This document shows, piece by piece, positions 53,664 to 62,535 of a stretch of DNA of 64,000 bases. Position numbers and translations under genes: made by a program. This DNA comes from Candidatus Saccharimonadota bacterium (GTDB taxonomy: Bacteria; Patescibacteriota; Saccharimonadia; Saccharimonadales; SLHW01): the NCBI GenBank assembly GCA_024635455.1, contig JAGXIU010000002.1, forward strand, positions 172,309 through 236,308, written 5' to 3'. Below the pieces are notes generated by a model. That model ran no database searches. It saw only the letters and a program-made list of their open reading frames with translations, and was not told the DNA's origin. Numbering within the stretch: the first letter of the stretch is position 1; every line of letters begins with the position of its first letter.

Positions 53664-53717
53664 CTCGCGACCTCAGGCTTATGAGTCCTGCGCTCTAACC
53701 ATCTGAGCTACCCTGCC
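53641..53717 (-). tRNA. tRNA with CAU anticodon (elongator Met or Ile2), CCA encoded
   Basis: The reverse complement GGCAGGGTAGCTCAGATGGTTAGAGCGCAGGACTCATAAGCCTGAGGTCGCGAGTTCAATTCTCGCCCCTGCTACCA folds as a cloverleaf. It has a G1:U72 wobble and an A31:G39 mismatch. A terminator GACCCCGTTTTGCGGGGTCTTTT follows. Confidence 0.85.
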
Positions 53718-53951
53718 ATATTATTGCTGCATGATGCGCTACTACTTGAACAGCTTGCGGGTAAGGGCTTTAGATTGTTAGTGCACCGGTGTGCACGTTA
53801 TCTATTTTTGACCTACCTTGCCGTAGCAACGATTTCATACGTCGTTTAGGTAAATGTACGAGAAAATCTCTACCGAACAGGGGAGATTGTAGCATGTTGC
53901 AGTGGGTTTATCTAGTGTCTGCGCGTCGGGGTCGTTATACTGGATGTAACT

Positions 53952-54866
53952 ATGGATATGAAGCTTCGGCCAGGGAATTATGTTATTGCGGTGAGTGGAG
54001 GTGTTGACTCTATGAGTTTACTGCATGCTTTGGCGGCTCAGTCTGATGATAAAGCGTATAGATTTACAGTGGCGCACTTTGATCACGGCATTCGGCGAGA
54101 CTCTATCGAGGACCGAAAGTTAGTCCAAGAATACGCAAAACAATATAATCTTCCGTTTGTGTATGAGGCTGGTCAGCTCGGCGCGCACGCCAGCGAGGAA
54201 GAGGCGCGCGACGCTCGCTATGTATTTCTCCGTTCAGTCATGCAAGCCTGTAATGCACAGGCAATACTTACGGCGCATCACAAAGATGACGCGCTTGAAA
54301 CAGCAGTGTTTAACATACTGCGCGGAACTGGACGGCAAGGTCTGGCGCCGCTGTCGAGTCAAGCGGATGTACAGCGGCCATTAATCGCCTATACGAAAAA
54401 AGACATCTACATGTATGCAAGAAGCCATCAACTCCAATGGCGCGAAGACGAAACCAATCAAGACAACACTTTTTCTCGTAATTATATTCGCAATCAGCTT
54501 TTACCAAGCCTGAGCGCTCAAAAGCTGGAGCCTCTGGATCGCTCGATCGCGGAAGTTCGTACATCAAATCAAGCTATCGATGAAGCCCTAGGCGAATTGG
54601 TCAATCAGCAGCCGAAAAGTGGATCATTGGACCGGGATTTTTTTGTTTCGTTACCGCACATTGTCGCGAAAGAACTGCTGGTTTACTGGTTGCGTAAACA
54701 CGGTATACGCGACTTTGACAGAAGAGGAATTGAGCGGCTTACGATTACCATAAAGACTGCTGGTAGTGGAACGCGGCACGATATAGTATCTAGTCACATC
54801 TTATCTCTCACTCCGGATGAAGCCATGATAATTACTGCCTCAGAAAAAAAGTCGCCAAAAAAGTAG
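53952..54866 (+). CDS. tilS: tRNA(Ile)-lysidine synthase
   Basis: PP-loop VIAVSGGVDSMSLLH and the conserved HHKDD region. Confidence 0.85.
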   Translation: MDMKLRPGNYVIAVSGGVDSMSLLHALAAQSDDKAYRFTVAHFDHGIRRDSIEDRKLVQEYAKQYNLPFVYEAGQLGAHASEEEARDARYVFLRSVMQACNAQAILTAHHKDDALETAVFNILRGTGRQGLAPLSSQADVQRPLIAYTKKDIYMYARSHQLQWREDETNQDNTFSRNYIRNQLLPSLSAQKLEPLDRSIAEVRTSNQAIDEALGELVNQQPKSGSLDRDFFVSLPHIVAKELLVYWLRKHGIRDFDRRGIERLTITIKTAGSGTRHDIVSSHILSLTPDEAMIITASEKKSPKK

Positions 54867-54880
54867 CTATATCAGGTATA

Positions 54881-56764
54881 ATGTTTTCGTCTATGGATAA
54901 AAAATCATTTGGGAAGAAGCCGAACAAAACACCCGGCAACAAGAAGAACTATCGAAACATCGGTTTCATCGCTTTCTTGGTACTGTTTGGCATTATTATA
55001 TTTTCTACTGCCGGTCAATCACCAGAATTAGAGGAAGTGCCGCTTTCAGAAGTTGTGCAGCGGGCCAATCGTGGCGATATCTCTCGTATTGAAATAACTG
55101 GGAATGAGCTGCTTGTCACTGAGTCAGGTGAAGAAGAGCCAAGCATCGAGTCTATTAAAGAAGAGGGAACTATCTACGAGCAAGGCCTGAACGGTGACGT
55201 AGAGGGGCTCGTGGTTGATCCACAATCAGAGTCGTCAACTGGTACTATTTTTGCCAATATCGGCATATCACTGTTACCAGTGCTTATTATCGGTGCATTG
55301 ATTCTATTTATGTTGCGTAGCGCGCAGGGTCAAGGCAATCAGGCCATGAGCTTCGGCAAGAGTAAGGCCAAGTTATATGGGAGTGACAAGGAAAAGGTCA
55401 CGTTTGATGATATCGCTGGCTCCGATGAGGCGAAACAAGATCTTGAGGAAGTGGTTGAGTTTCTTAAATTTCCTAAGAAGTTCGAAGCTCTCGGCGCAAA
55501 AATCCCGAAAGGCGTACTGCTTGTCGGCCCTCCAGGTACCGGTAAGACACTGCTTTCGCGAGCAGTGGCAGGTGAGGCTAAGGTTCCATTCTTTAGTATC
55601 TCAGGATCAGAGTTTGTTGAGATGTTTGTCGGTGTTGGCGCCAGTCGAGTTCGCGACTTATTCTCGAAGGCAAAGAAAAATTCGCCATGTATTATCTTTA
55701 TTGATGAAATTGACGCAGTTGGCCGACGACGTGGTAGCGGTATGGGCGGTGGACACGATGAACGTGAGCAAACCTTAAACCAGATTCTTGTAGAGATGGA
55801 TGGTTTTGAACAAGGCACAAACGTCATCGTCCTCGCTGCAACCAACCGAGCCGATGTGCTTGATCCAGCTTTGCTGCGACCTGGCCGCTTTGACCGGCGC
55901 GTAAACATTATTTTGCCTGACCGCAAAGACCGCGAAGCAATCCTTAAAGTGCACTTTAAGAACAAGCCAGTTGAACCAGATGTTGACTTGAGCGCGTTAG
56001 CTGCGAAGACTGCCGGTACTTCAGGCGCCGACTTGCAAAACATTGCAAATGAATCATCAATTGTAGCTGCTCGCAATAATCACAAGAAGGTTTCAGCGAC
56101 AGACATTACTGAAGCTTTCGAAAAAGTTGCAATTGGTCCAGAGCGCCGTAACAAAATAATGAATGACCACGAGAAAGAGCTTACTGCTTACCATGAAGCT
56201 GGGCACGCCGTAGTTGGTCACGTATTACCTGATAGCGACATGGTGCACAAAGTGACTATTATTCCACGTGGCGGCACTGGTGGTGTTACCTGGTTTATCC
56301 CGCCGGAAGACAAGAGCTACCATAGCATCATCGAATACAAAGATGTTTTAGCGCGCATGCTCGGTGGGCGTGTAGCTGAGGAAGTTATGTATGGCAGTGA
56401 CCGAGTTACAACTGGTGCTGGCTCTGACTTACAAAAAGCAGCTGAGTTGGCTCGAGACATGATTATTAATCAGGGCATGGGCAAGAAATTACGTGACCAA
56501 GTCTTTCACGTTGAGGAAGGTACTATGATGGATCGCATGGTACACGAAAAACAATATAGCGAAGAAACCGCAAAAATGATTGATGAAGAAGTTGAGACAT
56601 TGGTAACAGAGGCAGCAAGACGCGCGCGTGCTGTTATCAAAGAGAACACCAAGAAACTTGAAGAGCTTAAAGATGCACTTGTCGAGAAAGAAACTATCGA
56701 CGCAGATGAAGTTATCAAGATTCTTGAGGGTTCAAAAATGCCGAAATCGGCATCCTTATATTAA
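54881..56764 (+). CDS. ftsH: ATP-dependent zinc metalloprotease FtsH
   Basis: Two TM segments, AAA module ([14 protein letters not shown]) and the HEAGH zinc site. Confidence 0.95.
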   Translation: MFSSMDKKSFGKKPNKTPGNKKNYRNIGFIAFLVLFGIIIFSTAGQSPELEEVPLSEVVQRANRGDISRIEITGNELLVTESGEEEPSIESIKEEGTIYEQGLNGDVEGLVVDPQSESSTGTIFANIGISLLPVLIIGALILFMLRSAQGQGNQAMSFGKSKAKLYGSDKEKVTFDDIAGSDEAKQDLEEVVEFLKFPKKFEALGAKIPKGVLLVGPPGTGKTLLSRAVAGEAKVPFFSISGSEFVEMFVGVGASRVRDLFSKAKKNSPCIIFIDEIDAVGRRRGSGMGGGHDEREQTLNQILVEMDGFEQGTNVIVLAATNRADVLDPALLRPGRFDRRVNIILPDRKDREAILKVHFKNKPVEPDVDLSALAAKTAGTSGADLQNIANESSIVAARNNHKKVSATDITEAFEKVAIGPERRNKIMNDHEKELTAYHEAGHAVVGHVLPDSDMVHKVTIIPRGGTGGVTWFIPPEDKSYHSIIEYKDVLARMLGGRVAEEVMYGSDRVTTGAGSDLQKAAELARDMIINQGMGKKLRDQVFHVEEGTMMDRMVHEKQYSEETAKMIDEEVETLVTEAARRARAVIKENTKKLEELKDALVEKETIDADEVIKILEGSKMPKSASLY

Positions 56765-56817
56765 ATCAGATATTTCTAGGTGGATATGTGTCCGTAACGC
56801 GCATATAATGTAGCGTA

Positions 56818-58398
56818 ATGAGTATATTTTCGCGCGCCAATAAACGCATTAGTTTCGGCGGCGCAGCCACGTTGTTAGTCGCTGTCGCCTTAGCTGGGCA
56901 GTTACTCGGTTTCCTACGTAACCGACTTATTAGTGCTAACTTTACTGTAACTGACCCCGGCGCATCTGATGCATTCTTCGCCGCTTTTCAGATACCAGAC
57001 TTCTTCTTTTATACAATTGCTGCTGGTGCGCTCGGCGTAGCTTTTATTCCGATATTATCGGATAGACTACAAATTGGCGATAAGAAAAGTGTCTGGGAAC
57101 TTTCCAGCAGTTTACTGAACCTTCTCTTGATAATAATGGGTGTGGTTGGGGTTATCATTTTTGCGTTTGCTCGGCCTTTGATGCAGGTATTGGCGCCAAA
57201 CTTACCGGCTGAAAACTTTGAGCAAGCAGTTACGATAATGCGCTTGATATCATTAAACCCCTTATTGTTCACCGTATCAGGAATTTTAACCAGTGTGCAG
57301 CAAATATTTGGTCGCTTTTTCTTTTATGCTGTGGCGCCACTAACGTATAACTTTGCCATTATTACTAGTATTTACCTATTGTCTGATCGTATGGGTATTG
57401 TTGGCCTTGGTGTTGGTGCGTTGGTGGGTGGTTTTTTGCAGTTAAGTATAGCTTTACTTGGCTTGGTTGGCCTTGGTTTCCGTTATACACCAACAATCAA
57501 GATGAAGAGTAAATCCTTTAAGAAAATACTCCGTCAGCTGCCGCCTCGATCACTTGACCAAGGTGTCGACCAGGTGAACAGTGTGGTCGAGGTAAACCGA
57601 GCTCAGGCGCTTGGTACTGGCCCCGTTAGTTACTACAACTTTGCTCTTACCTTGATGAACGTACCAATTATGCTGCTCGGGCATTCCATTGCCACAGCAG
57701 CTTTTCCACGCCTCTCTGAACGATTATCTCAGAATCGTCCAGATTTATTCCGAAAAGATTTCAGAAGTATTATCCGGCTGATGATATGGATGACAGTACC
57801 GGTTGTGGTCGTTTCTTACTTCGGTAGAGGCTACCTAGCTCGTTTGATATTCGGTGATGTTGCGCCTGAAGTTGCCTTAATATTCGGCTACTTAACGGTC
57901 GCTATATTCTTCCGGGTCATCTATAGTATGATCTCGCGATTTTTCTATGCCCACAAAGACACCAAAACACCGCTGTATACATCTGTGTTGGCGATTACAT
58001 TAAATATCATACTTGCGTTTACATTAGCGCGACCCGAAGCATACGGCATATCTGGCTTGGCGATGGCACAATCAATTACAGCGACCTTTGAGGTTGTCGT
58101 GCTCGGCTCAATAATGGTTATGCGTGATAAAAAGATAATCAACAGCGCCTTTTGGCTTGGGATTACTAAGATTGCATCAGTGACTGGCTTTAGTATACTG
58201 ACAGCCTTTATCATGCTTTCATTCTTGCCGTTACAGATAAGCGACCGTGGCCTGGTTACGCTCGGCTCGAAGCTGACTGCCATTAGTGGTGCCACCATAC
58301 TAGTGCACATATTTGCGTCGGCATTGTTTGGATTAGAAGAGGCAAAAATGACACTAGCTCACGCAAAACGTCTGATTTGGCGTCCGATAAAGTTCTAG
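56818..58398 (+). CDS. murJ: Lipid II flippase MurJ (MviN family)
   Basis: A 14-TM MOP-superfamily pattern. The N-terminus LLGFLRNRLISANF...DAFFAAFQIPDFF is typical of MurJ. Confidence 0.85.
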   Translation: MSIFSRANKRISFGGAATLLVAVALAGQLLGFLRNRLISANFTVTDPGASDAFFAAFQIPDFFFYTIAAGALGVAFIPILSDRLQIGDKKSVWELSSSLLNLLLIIMGVVGVIIFAFARPLMQVLAPNLPAENFEQAVTIMRLISLNPLLFTVSGILTSVQQIFGRFFFYAVAPLTYNFAIITSIYLLSDRMGIVGLGVGALVGGFLQLSIALLGLVGLGFRYTPTIKMKSKSFKKILRQLPPRSLDQGVDQVNSVVEVNRAQALGTGPVSYYNFALTLMNVPIMLLGHSIATAAFPRLSERLSQNRPDLFRKDFRSIIRLMIWMTVPVVVVSYFGRGYLARLIFGDVAPEVALIFGYLTVAIFFRVIYSMISRFFYAHKDTKTPLYTSVLAITLNIILAFTLARPEAYGISGLAMAQSITATFEVVVLGSIMVMRDKKIINSAFWLGITKIASVTGFSILTAFIMLSFLPLQISDRGLVTLGSKLTAISGATILVHIFASALFGLEEAKMTLAHAKRLIWRPIKF

Positions 58399-58449
58399 AT
58401 AGGCGACAGATTTTCTTATATACACCACCCCTGTTATACTGATGGCTGT

Positions 58450-60237
58450 ATGAAAAGAGAGCAATCCAATATCCGAAACTTCTGTATTATTGCGCATATA
58501 GACCACGGGAAATCAACGCTGGCAGACCGAATGCTTGAGCTAACCGGTACGGTTGAGAAGCGAGCCATGAAGGAGCAGTTGCTCGATAGGATGGACTTAG
58601 AGCGGGAAAAGGGCATAACTATAAAGTTAGCCCCTGTCCGCATGCAGTACAAAGAGCATCAACTGAACCTGATCGATACGCCTGGGCACGTTGACTTTAG
58701 TTATGAAGTGTCACGCAGTCTACAGGCATGTGAAGGTGCTTTGCTCGTGATAGACGCGAGTCAGGGCATCCAGGCACAGACGCTTGCGAATGTGTACCTT
58801 GCTATGGAGGCGGACCTTACAATTATTCCTGTTCTTAACAAGATAGATCTTCCGGCGGCTGACGTCGATCGGGTGAGCCGAGAAGTCATAAGCTTACTCG
58901 GTTGCAAAAAAGAAGATATTTTACTTGTGTCAGCGAAGAACGGTGTTGGTATTGATAAAGTCCTCGATACGGTAATTGACTTGGTGCCGCCACCAACTGG
59001 TACATCAGACCAACCACTGCGAGCTTTAATATTCGATAGTTATTATGATGATTATCGCGGAGTAATTCTTTATGCGCGCATAATCGATGGCAACCTCAGG
59101 AAGGAAGCGCCGTTACGGATGATGGCAACCGGAGCCGAGGGTATAGCACTTGAAGTCGGCTCGCTTTCACCAGCAATGAAACCGAATAAACAGCTAGAAA
59201 CGAGCGAAATCGGGTATATTGTTACCAATTTACGTAGTACGAGAGAGGCTAAGGTTGGCGATACGATTACTAATGCGAAAAATCCTGCTACTGCAGCCTT
59301 GCCTGGCTATAAGCACGTAAAGCCATTCGTCTACGCTGGATTATTCCCTGAGAGTAACGAGGACTACCAAGACTTAAAAGACGGTATCGAAAAATTAGCG
59401 CTGAGCGATTCAGCTTTGCAGTTTACTCCAGAGAACTCACCGGTGCTTGGCTTCGGTATGCGTGTTGGATTCTTGGGGCTGCTCCACATGGACATTGTGC
59501 GTGAACGACTAGAACGTGAGTATGATCTATCGCTGATTACTACGACGCCATCAACTAATTATCAAATAACTATGGAAGATGACACAGAGCTAGAAATAAA
59601 GTCAGCCACTGATTTACCCGATCCCGCACAGGTAAAGGAAATACGTGAACCTTGGGTGCGCGGAGAAGTTGTCGTACCAAAAACTTACGTCGGTGAAGTT
59701 ATTCAGCTAATTGCCCGTAAGCGCGGCGTGCAGAAAAATATTAGCTATATGGATGCAGAGCTCGCCTTAATTGCCTTTGATGCACCACTAGCTAACTTAT
59801 TAACAGACTTCTATGATCAACTAAAAAGCGTCACAAGTGGATTCGGCTCATTCAATTATGAACTGTCTGGATATTATGCCGAGGACTTGGTGAAGCTAGA
59901 CTTTTATGTAGCCGGTGAGCGAATTGATGCACTGAGCACCATGGTGCATAGTAGTGAAGCCGAGCCACTGGGGAGAGAGACGGTCGCAAAGCTCAAAGAA
60001 GTTATACCAAAACAAAACTTCCAAGTTGCCCTGCAGGCAGGAATCGGTGGTCGCATAATTGCTCGAGAAAACATAAAAGGCTTCCGGAAAGACGTGACAG
60101 CTAAGCTATATGGTGGTGACGTCACTCGTCGAAAGAAGTTGCTCGAGAAGCAGAAGAAGGGCAAAGCCCGTATGAAGCGGTTTGGAAAAGTAGATATCCC
60201 ATCAGAAGCGTTCACAGCGCTGTTAAAGCGGGAATAA
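58450..60237 (+). CDS. lepA: Translation elongation factor 4 (LepA)
   Basis: IRNFCIIAHIDHGKSTLADR, DTPGHVDF, NKIDLP and the LepA-specific C-terminal domain. Confidence 0.95.
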   Translation: MKREQSNIRNFCIIAHIDHGKSTLADRMLELTGTVEKRAMKEQLLDRMDLEREKGITIKLAPVRMQYKEHQLNLIDTPGHVDFSYEVSRSLQACEGALLVIDASQGIQAQTLANVYLAMEADLTIIPVLNKIDLPAADVDRVSREVISLLGCKKEDILLVSAKNGVGIDKVLDTVIDLVPPPTGTSDQPLRALIFDSYYDDYRGVILYARIIDGNLRKEAPLRMMATGAEGIALEVGSLSPAMKPNKQLETSEIGYIVTNLRSTREAKVGDTITNAKNPATAALPGYKHVKPFVYAGLFPESNEDYQDLKDGIEKLALSDSALQFTPENSPVLGFGMRVGFLGLLHMDIVRERLEREYDLSLITTTPSTNYQITMEDDTELEIKSATDLPDPAQVKEIREPWVRGEVVVPKTYVGEVIQLIARKRGVQKNISYMDAELALIAFDAPLANLLTDFYDQLKSVTSGFGSFNYELSGYYAEDLVKLDFYVAGERIDALSTMVHSSEAEPLGRETVAKLKEVIPKQNFQVALQAGIGGRIIARENIKGFRKDVTAKLYGGDVTRRKKLLEKQKKGKARMKRFGKVDIPSEAFTALLKRE

Positions 60238-60370
60238 AATACCCCAAACATTTGCATGCTTGGGGTACATATCTCAAGCTTTTTGTTTGCTTATTATTTT
60301 AGCGCATACGTCAATAACTTGCAAAGTATGTGTTCTGTACTATCTGTCTACTCTGCTATAAACTAGTTGC

Positions 60371-61102
60371 ATGAATGAGTTACAAAAACTCAGTGAGTTC
60401 CAGCAACTGCTGGCAAGCTATCACGTATCAAGCAGAGCTAAAGAAATACTACAAGCCACGCGCTTGGTGCTATTGGCCGCCCCAACCTCGAGTGGTCGTA
60501 ACACTATTATTCATCGCTTACTCTCGTCAGGAGAATACCATTTTGTTATTTCCGATACGACGCGAAAACCTCGCATTAATAACGGCGTCAAAGAGCAAGA
60601 TGGTGTTGAGTATTGGTTCCGAAGTGAAGAAGAGATGCTTCGAGATATCAAAAAAGGCTTGTTTCTCGAGGCGGCAGTCATACATAATCAGCAGGTTTCT
60701 GGCATCAGTATACGTGAGCTAGAAAAAGCTAAAAAAACAAACAAGGTTGCTATAACAGACATTGAGATAGTCGGCGTTGATAGTGTATTAGCAGTAAAGC
60801 CAGATACAACGGTGTTTTTTGTGGTTCCACCCTCATTTGACGAGTGGCATAAGCGTCTTGCCCATCGGGGGAAGATGCATGGTCACGAACTGCAGAGAAG
60901 AATGCGTAGTGCCTGCGAAGAATTTCGACATGCTCTTGAGAATGACCACTATATGTACGTAGTAAATGATGAGCTCAGTCACGCCGTCGAACATATTCAA
61001 CAAATGGTGTTTAGCGGTTATCAAGAGCCGAATTATCAACACTCAGCCCGCCAAGTTATCGAGCAATTGCTGATCGATACAGAAAAATTCCTTGCCGCGT
61101 AG
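60371..61102 (+). CDS. Guanylate-kinase-like protein with a degenerate P-loop
   Basis: SDTTRKPR...GVEYWFRSEEEM...FLEAAVIHNQQVSGISI is collinear with Gmk. The P-loop reads APTSSGRNT instead of GPSGxGK(S/T). Confidence 0.6.
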   Translation: MNELQKLSEFQQLLASYHVSSRAKEILQATRLVLLAAPTSSGRNTIIHRLLSSGEYHFVISDTTRKPRINNGVKEQDGVEYWFRSEEEMLRDIKKGLFLEAAVIHNQQVSGISIRELEKAKKTNKVAITDIEIVGVDSVLAVKPDTTVFFVVPPSFDEWHKRLAHRGKMHGHELQRRMRSACEEFRHALENDHYMYVVNDELSHAVEHIQQMVFSGYQEPNYQHSARQVIEQLLIDTEKFLAA

Positions 61103-61129
61103 CAATAAACCTGATGCAACGATAGTGTC

Positions 61130-61154
61130 TAGCACTCTTGACCTTTGACTGCTA
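61130..61154 (+). promoter_or_regulatory. CIRCE-like operator upstream of hrcA (TAGCACTC-N9-GACTGCTA)
   Basis: One mismatch to the CIRCE inverted repeat TTAGCACTC-N9-GAGTGCTAA. It overlaps TTGACC-17-TACACT promoter-like hexamers. Confidence 0.6.
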
Positions 61155-61177
61155 GAACGATACACTTGCAATAGATA

Positions 61178-61897
61178 ATGGACAGCAATATAACCCTACG
61201 ACAGGCAAAGATTCTTGGCGCTATAGTCGAGCAGTATGCAGAAGTGGCCAGCCCAGTTGGCTCTAGCTTGCTTGCAAAAGCCTTCGGTGTCTCCTCGGCA
61301 ACCATTCGTGCTGAAATGGCGCTCTTAGAAGAAGCTGGCTACATTCATCAGCCACACACAAGCGCAGGTCGCGTACCAACTGATAAAGGCTATCGTTATT
61401 ATGTAAACAAAGTAACTGATTCTGATAACCCACAACAAATTCAAGGGCGCGCTGAGCGAGCACTATCAGCCCGAGTTAGTGGTGGCGGTGAAGCCGAGCG
61501 TACTATCCGTAACGCGGTTGATACAATTGTCGAGCTGACGCATAATCTTGGTATAGCTACGATTGGTAAGCAGTTGTACATGAGCGGATTATCAAACTTA
61601 TTTGGCCAACCCGAGTTCATCAGTGGTAGCCAAGCAAAGCAGGTCGCTATATTGCTCGACAACTTAGAGCCATGGCTAAAAGAAGCTGCGCCCAATAAGC
61701 CGTTGAACGTATATATCGGTCGTGAAAATCCGATTGGTCGCTCAGCTGGCTGTTCGTTGATTATCAGTAAGTTTCGTAGCCCGTTTAGTGACAGCAGCTA
61801 CATTGGCGTGATTGGACCAACTCGGCAGAGCTACCGCGATGTCATGACATTGGTTCGCCACGCCGGAGAAGTATTAGAGGAGGAATTACATGAGTAA
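61178..61897 (+). CDS. hrcA: Heat-inducible transcription repressor HrcA (short form, 239 aa)
   Basis: N-terminal wHTH ...SATIRAEMALLEEAGYIHQPHTSAGRVPTDKGYRYYV. The stop overlaps the grpE start. Confidence 0.8.
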   Translation: MDSNITLRQAKILGAIVEQYAEVASPVGSSLLAKAFGVSSATIRAEMALLEEAGYIHQPHTSAGRVPTDKGYRYYVNKVTDSDNPQQIQGRAERALSARVSGGGEAERTIRNAVDTIVELTHNLGIATIGKQLYMSGLSNLFGQPEFISGSQAKQVAILLDNLEPWLKEAAPNKPLNVYIGRENPIGRSAGCSLIISKFRSPFSDSSYIGVIGPTRQSYRDVMTLVRHAGEVLEEELHE

Positions 61898-62420
61898 AAA
61901 GAGTACACAAGATAACCCAGATGAACATAAGCAGAAAAAAACAGCCAATAAAAGTAGTACGGGCGCTGATTTAGACAGCCTGTCTCAACAAATTGAAGAG
62001 CTGCAAGAATCGTTAAAGCGCGAGCGAGCAGACTCCGAAAATATTCGCCGCCGCCATGAGGGGCAGTTGGCTGAACTCAAGACTTATGTAACAGCTGATG
62101 TTATTCGGAGTCTACTGCCAGTTATCGATAATATTGATCGAGCACAACAACATGTCCCGGAGGACTTGGTGGACAATCAGTATGTAAAAGGCATCGAGAG
62201 CGTTATAAAGCAATTCGCAACAACATTAGAAAAGCTTGGTGTGGAGCGAATTAGTACTGATGGCGAGGAGTTCAACCCAGAACTTCATGAAGCTGTAAGT
62301 ATGGATGACTCAGAAGGTGGCAGCAAAGAAATTGTTACCGACGAGCTACAAACTGGCTACAAGTTAGGTGATCATATTATTCGCCACGCGATGGTAAACG
62401 TAAAAACGAGTAAAAAATAA
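61890..62420 (+). CDS. grpE: Nucleotide exchange factor GrpE
   Basis: Coiled-coil N-terminus, LLPVIDNIDRA motif and a C-terminal beta domain. Confidence 0.9.
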   Translation: MSKKSTQDNPDEHKQKKTANKSSTGADLDSLSQQIEELQESLKRERADSENIRRRHEGQLAELKTYVTADVIRSLLPVIDNIDRAQQHVPEDLVDNQYVKGIESVIKQFATTLEKLGVERISTDGEEFNPELHEAVSMDDSEGGSKEIVTDELQTGYKLGDHIIRHAMVNVKTSKK

Positions 62421-62421
62421 C

Positions 62422-62448
62422 TTAGCACTCTTGACTATAGAGTGCTAG
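62422..62448 (+). promoter_or_regulatory. CIRCE operator (TTAGCACTC-N9-GAGTGCTAG) upstream of dnaK
   Basis: Near-perfect match to the CIRCE consensus. The spacer begins with the TTGACT -35-like hexamer. Confidence 0.8.
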
Positions 62449-62469
62449 ATTCTGTATGCTAGAATAGTA

Positions 62470-62496
62470 TTAGCACTCTACTAAGCTTATTGCTAA
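62470..62496 (+). promoter_or_regulatory. Second, degenerate CIRCE-like operator upstream of dnaK (TTAGCACTC-N9-TATTGCTAA)
   Basis: Perfect left arm; the right arm has two mismatches. Confidence 0.5.
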
Positions 62497-62535
62497 TAAT
62501 AGTACAAGATATAGGAAAAAAGGAGATTTACTACA

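Noticed and set aside
55339-56076. 245-aa minus-strand ORF inside ftsH. Similar antisense ORFs lie at 63240..63809 in dnaK, 21260..21736 in the MFS gene, 59904..60257 in lepA and 36210..36542 in the pyrF-like gene.
   Set aside because: They are fully antisense to genes with unambiguous conserved motifs. Their translations are low-complexity (Ser/Arg/Ala/Pro-rich) and they have no RBS. These are typical shadow ORFs.
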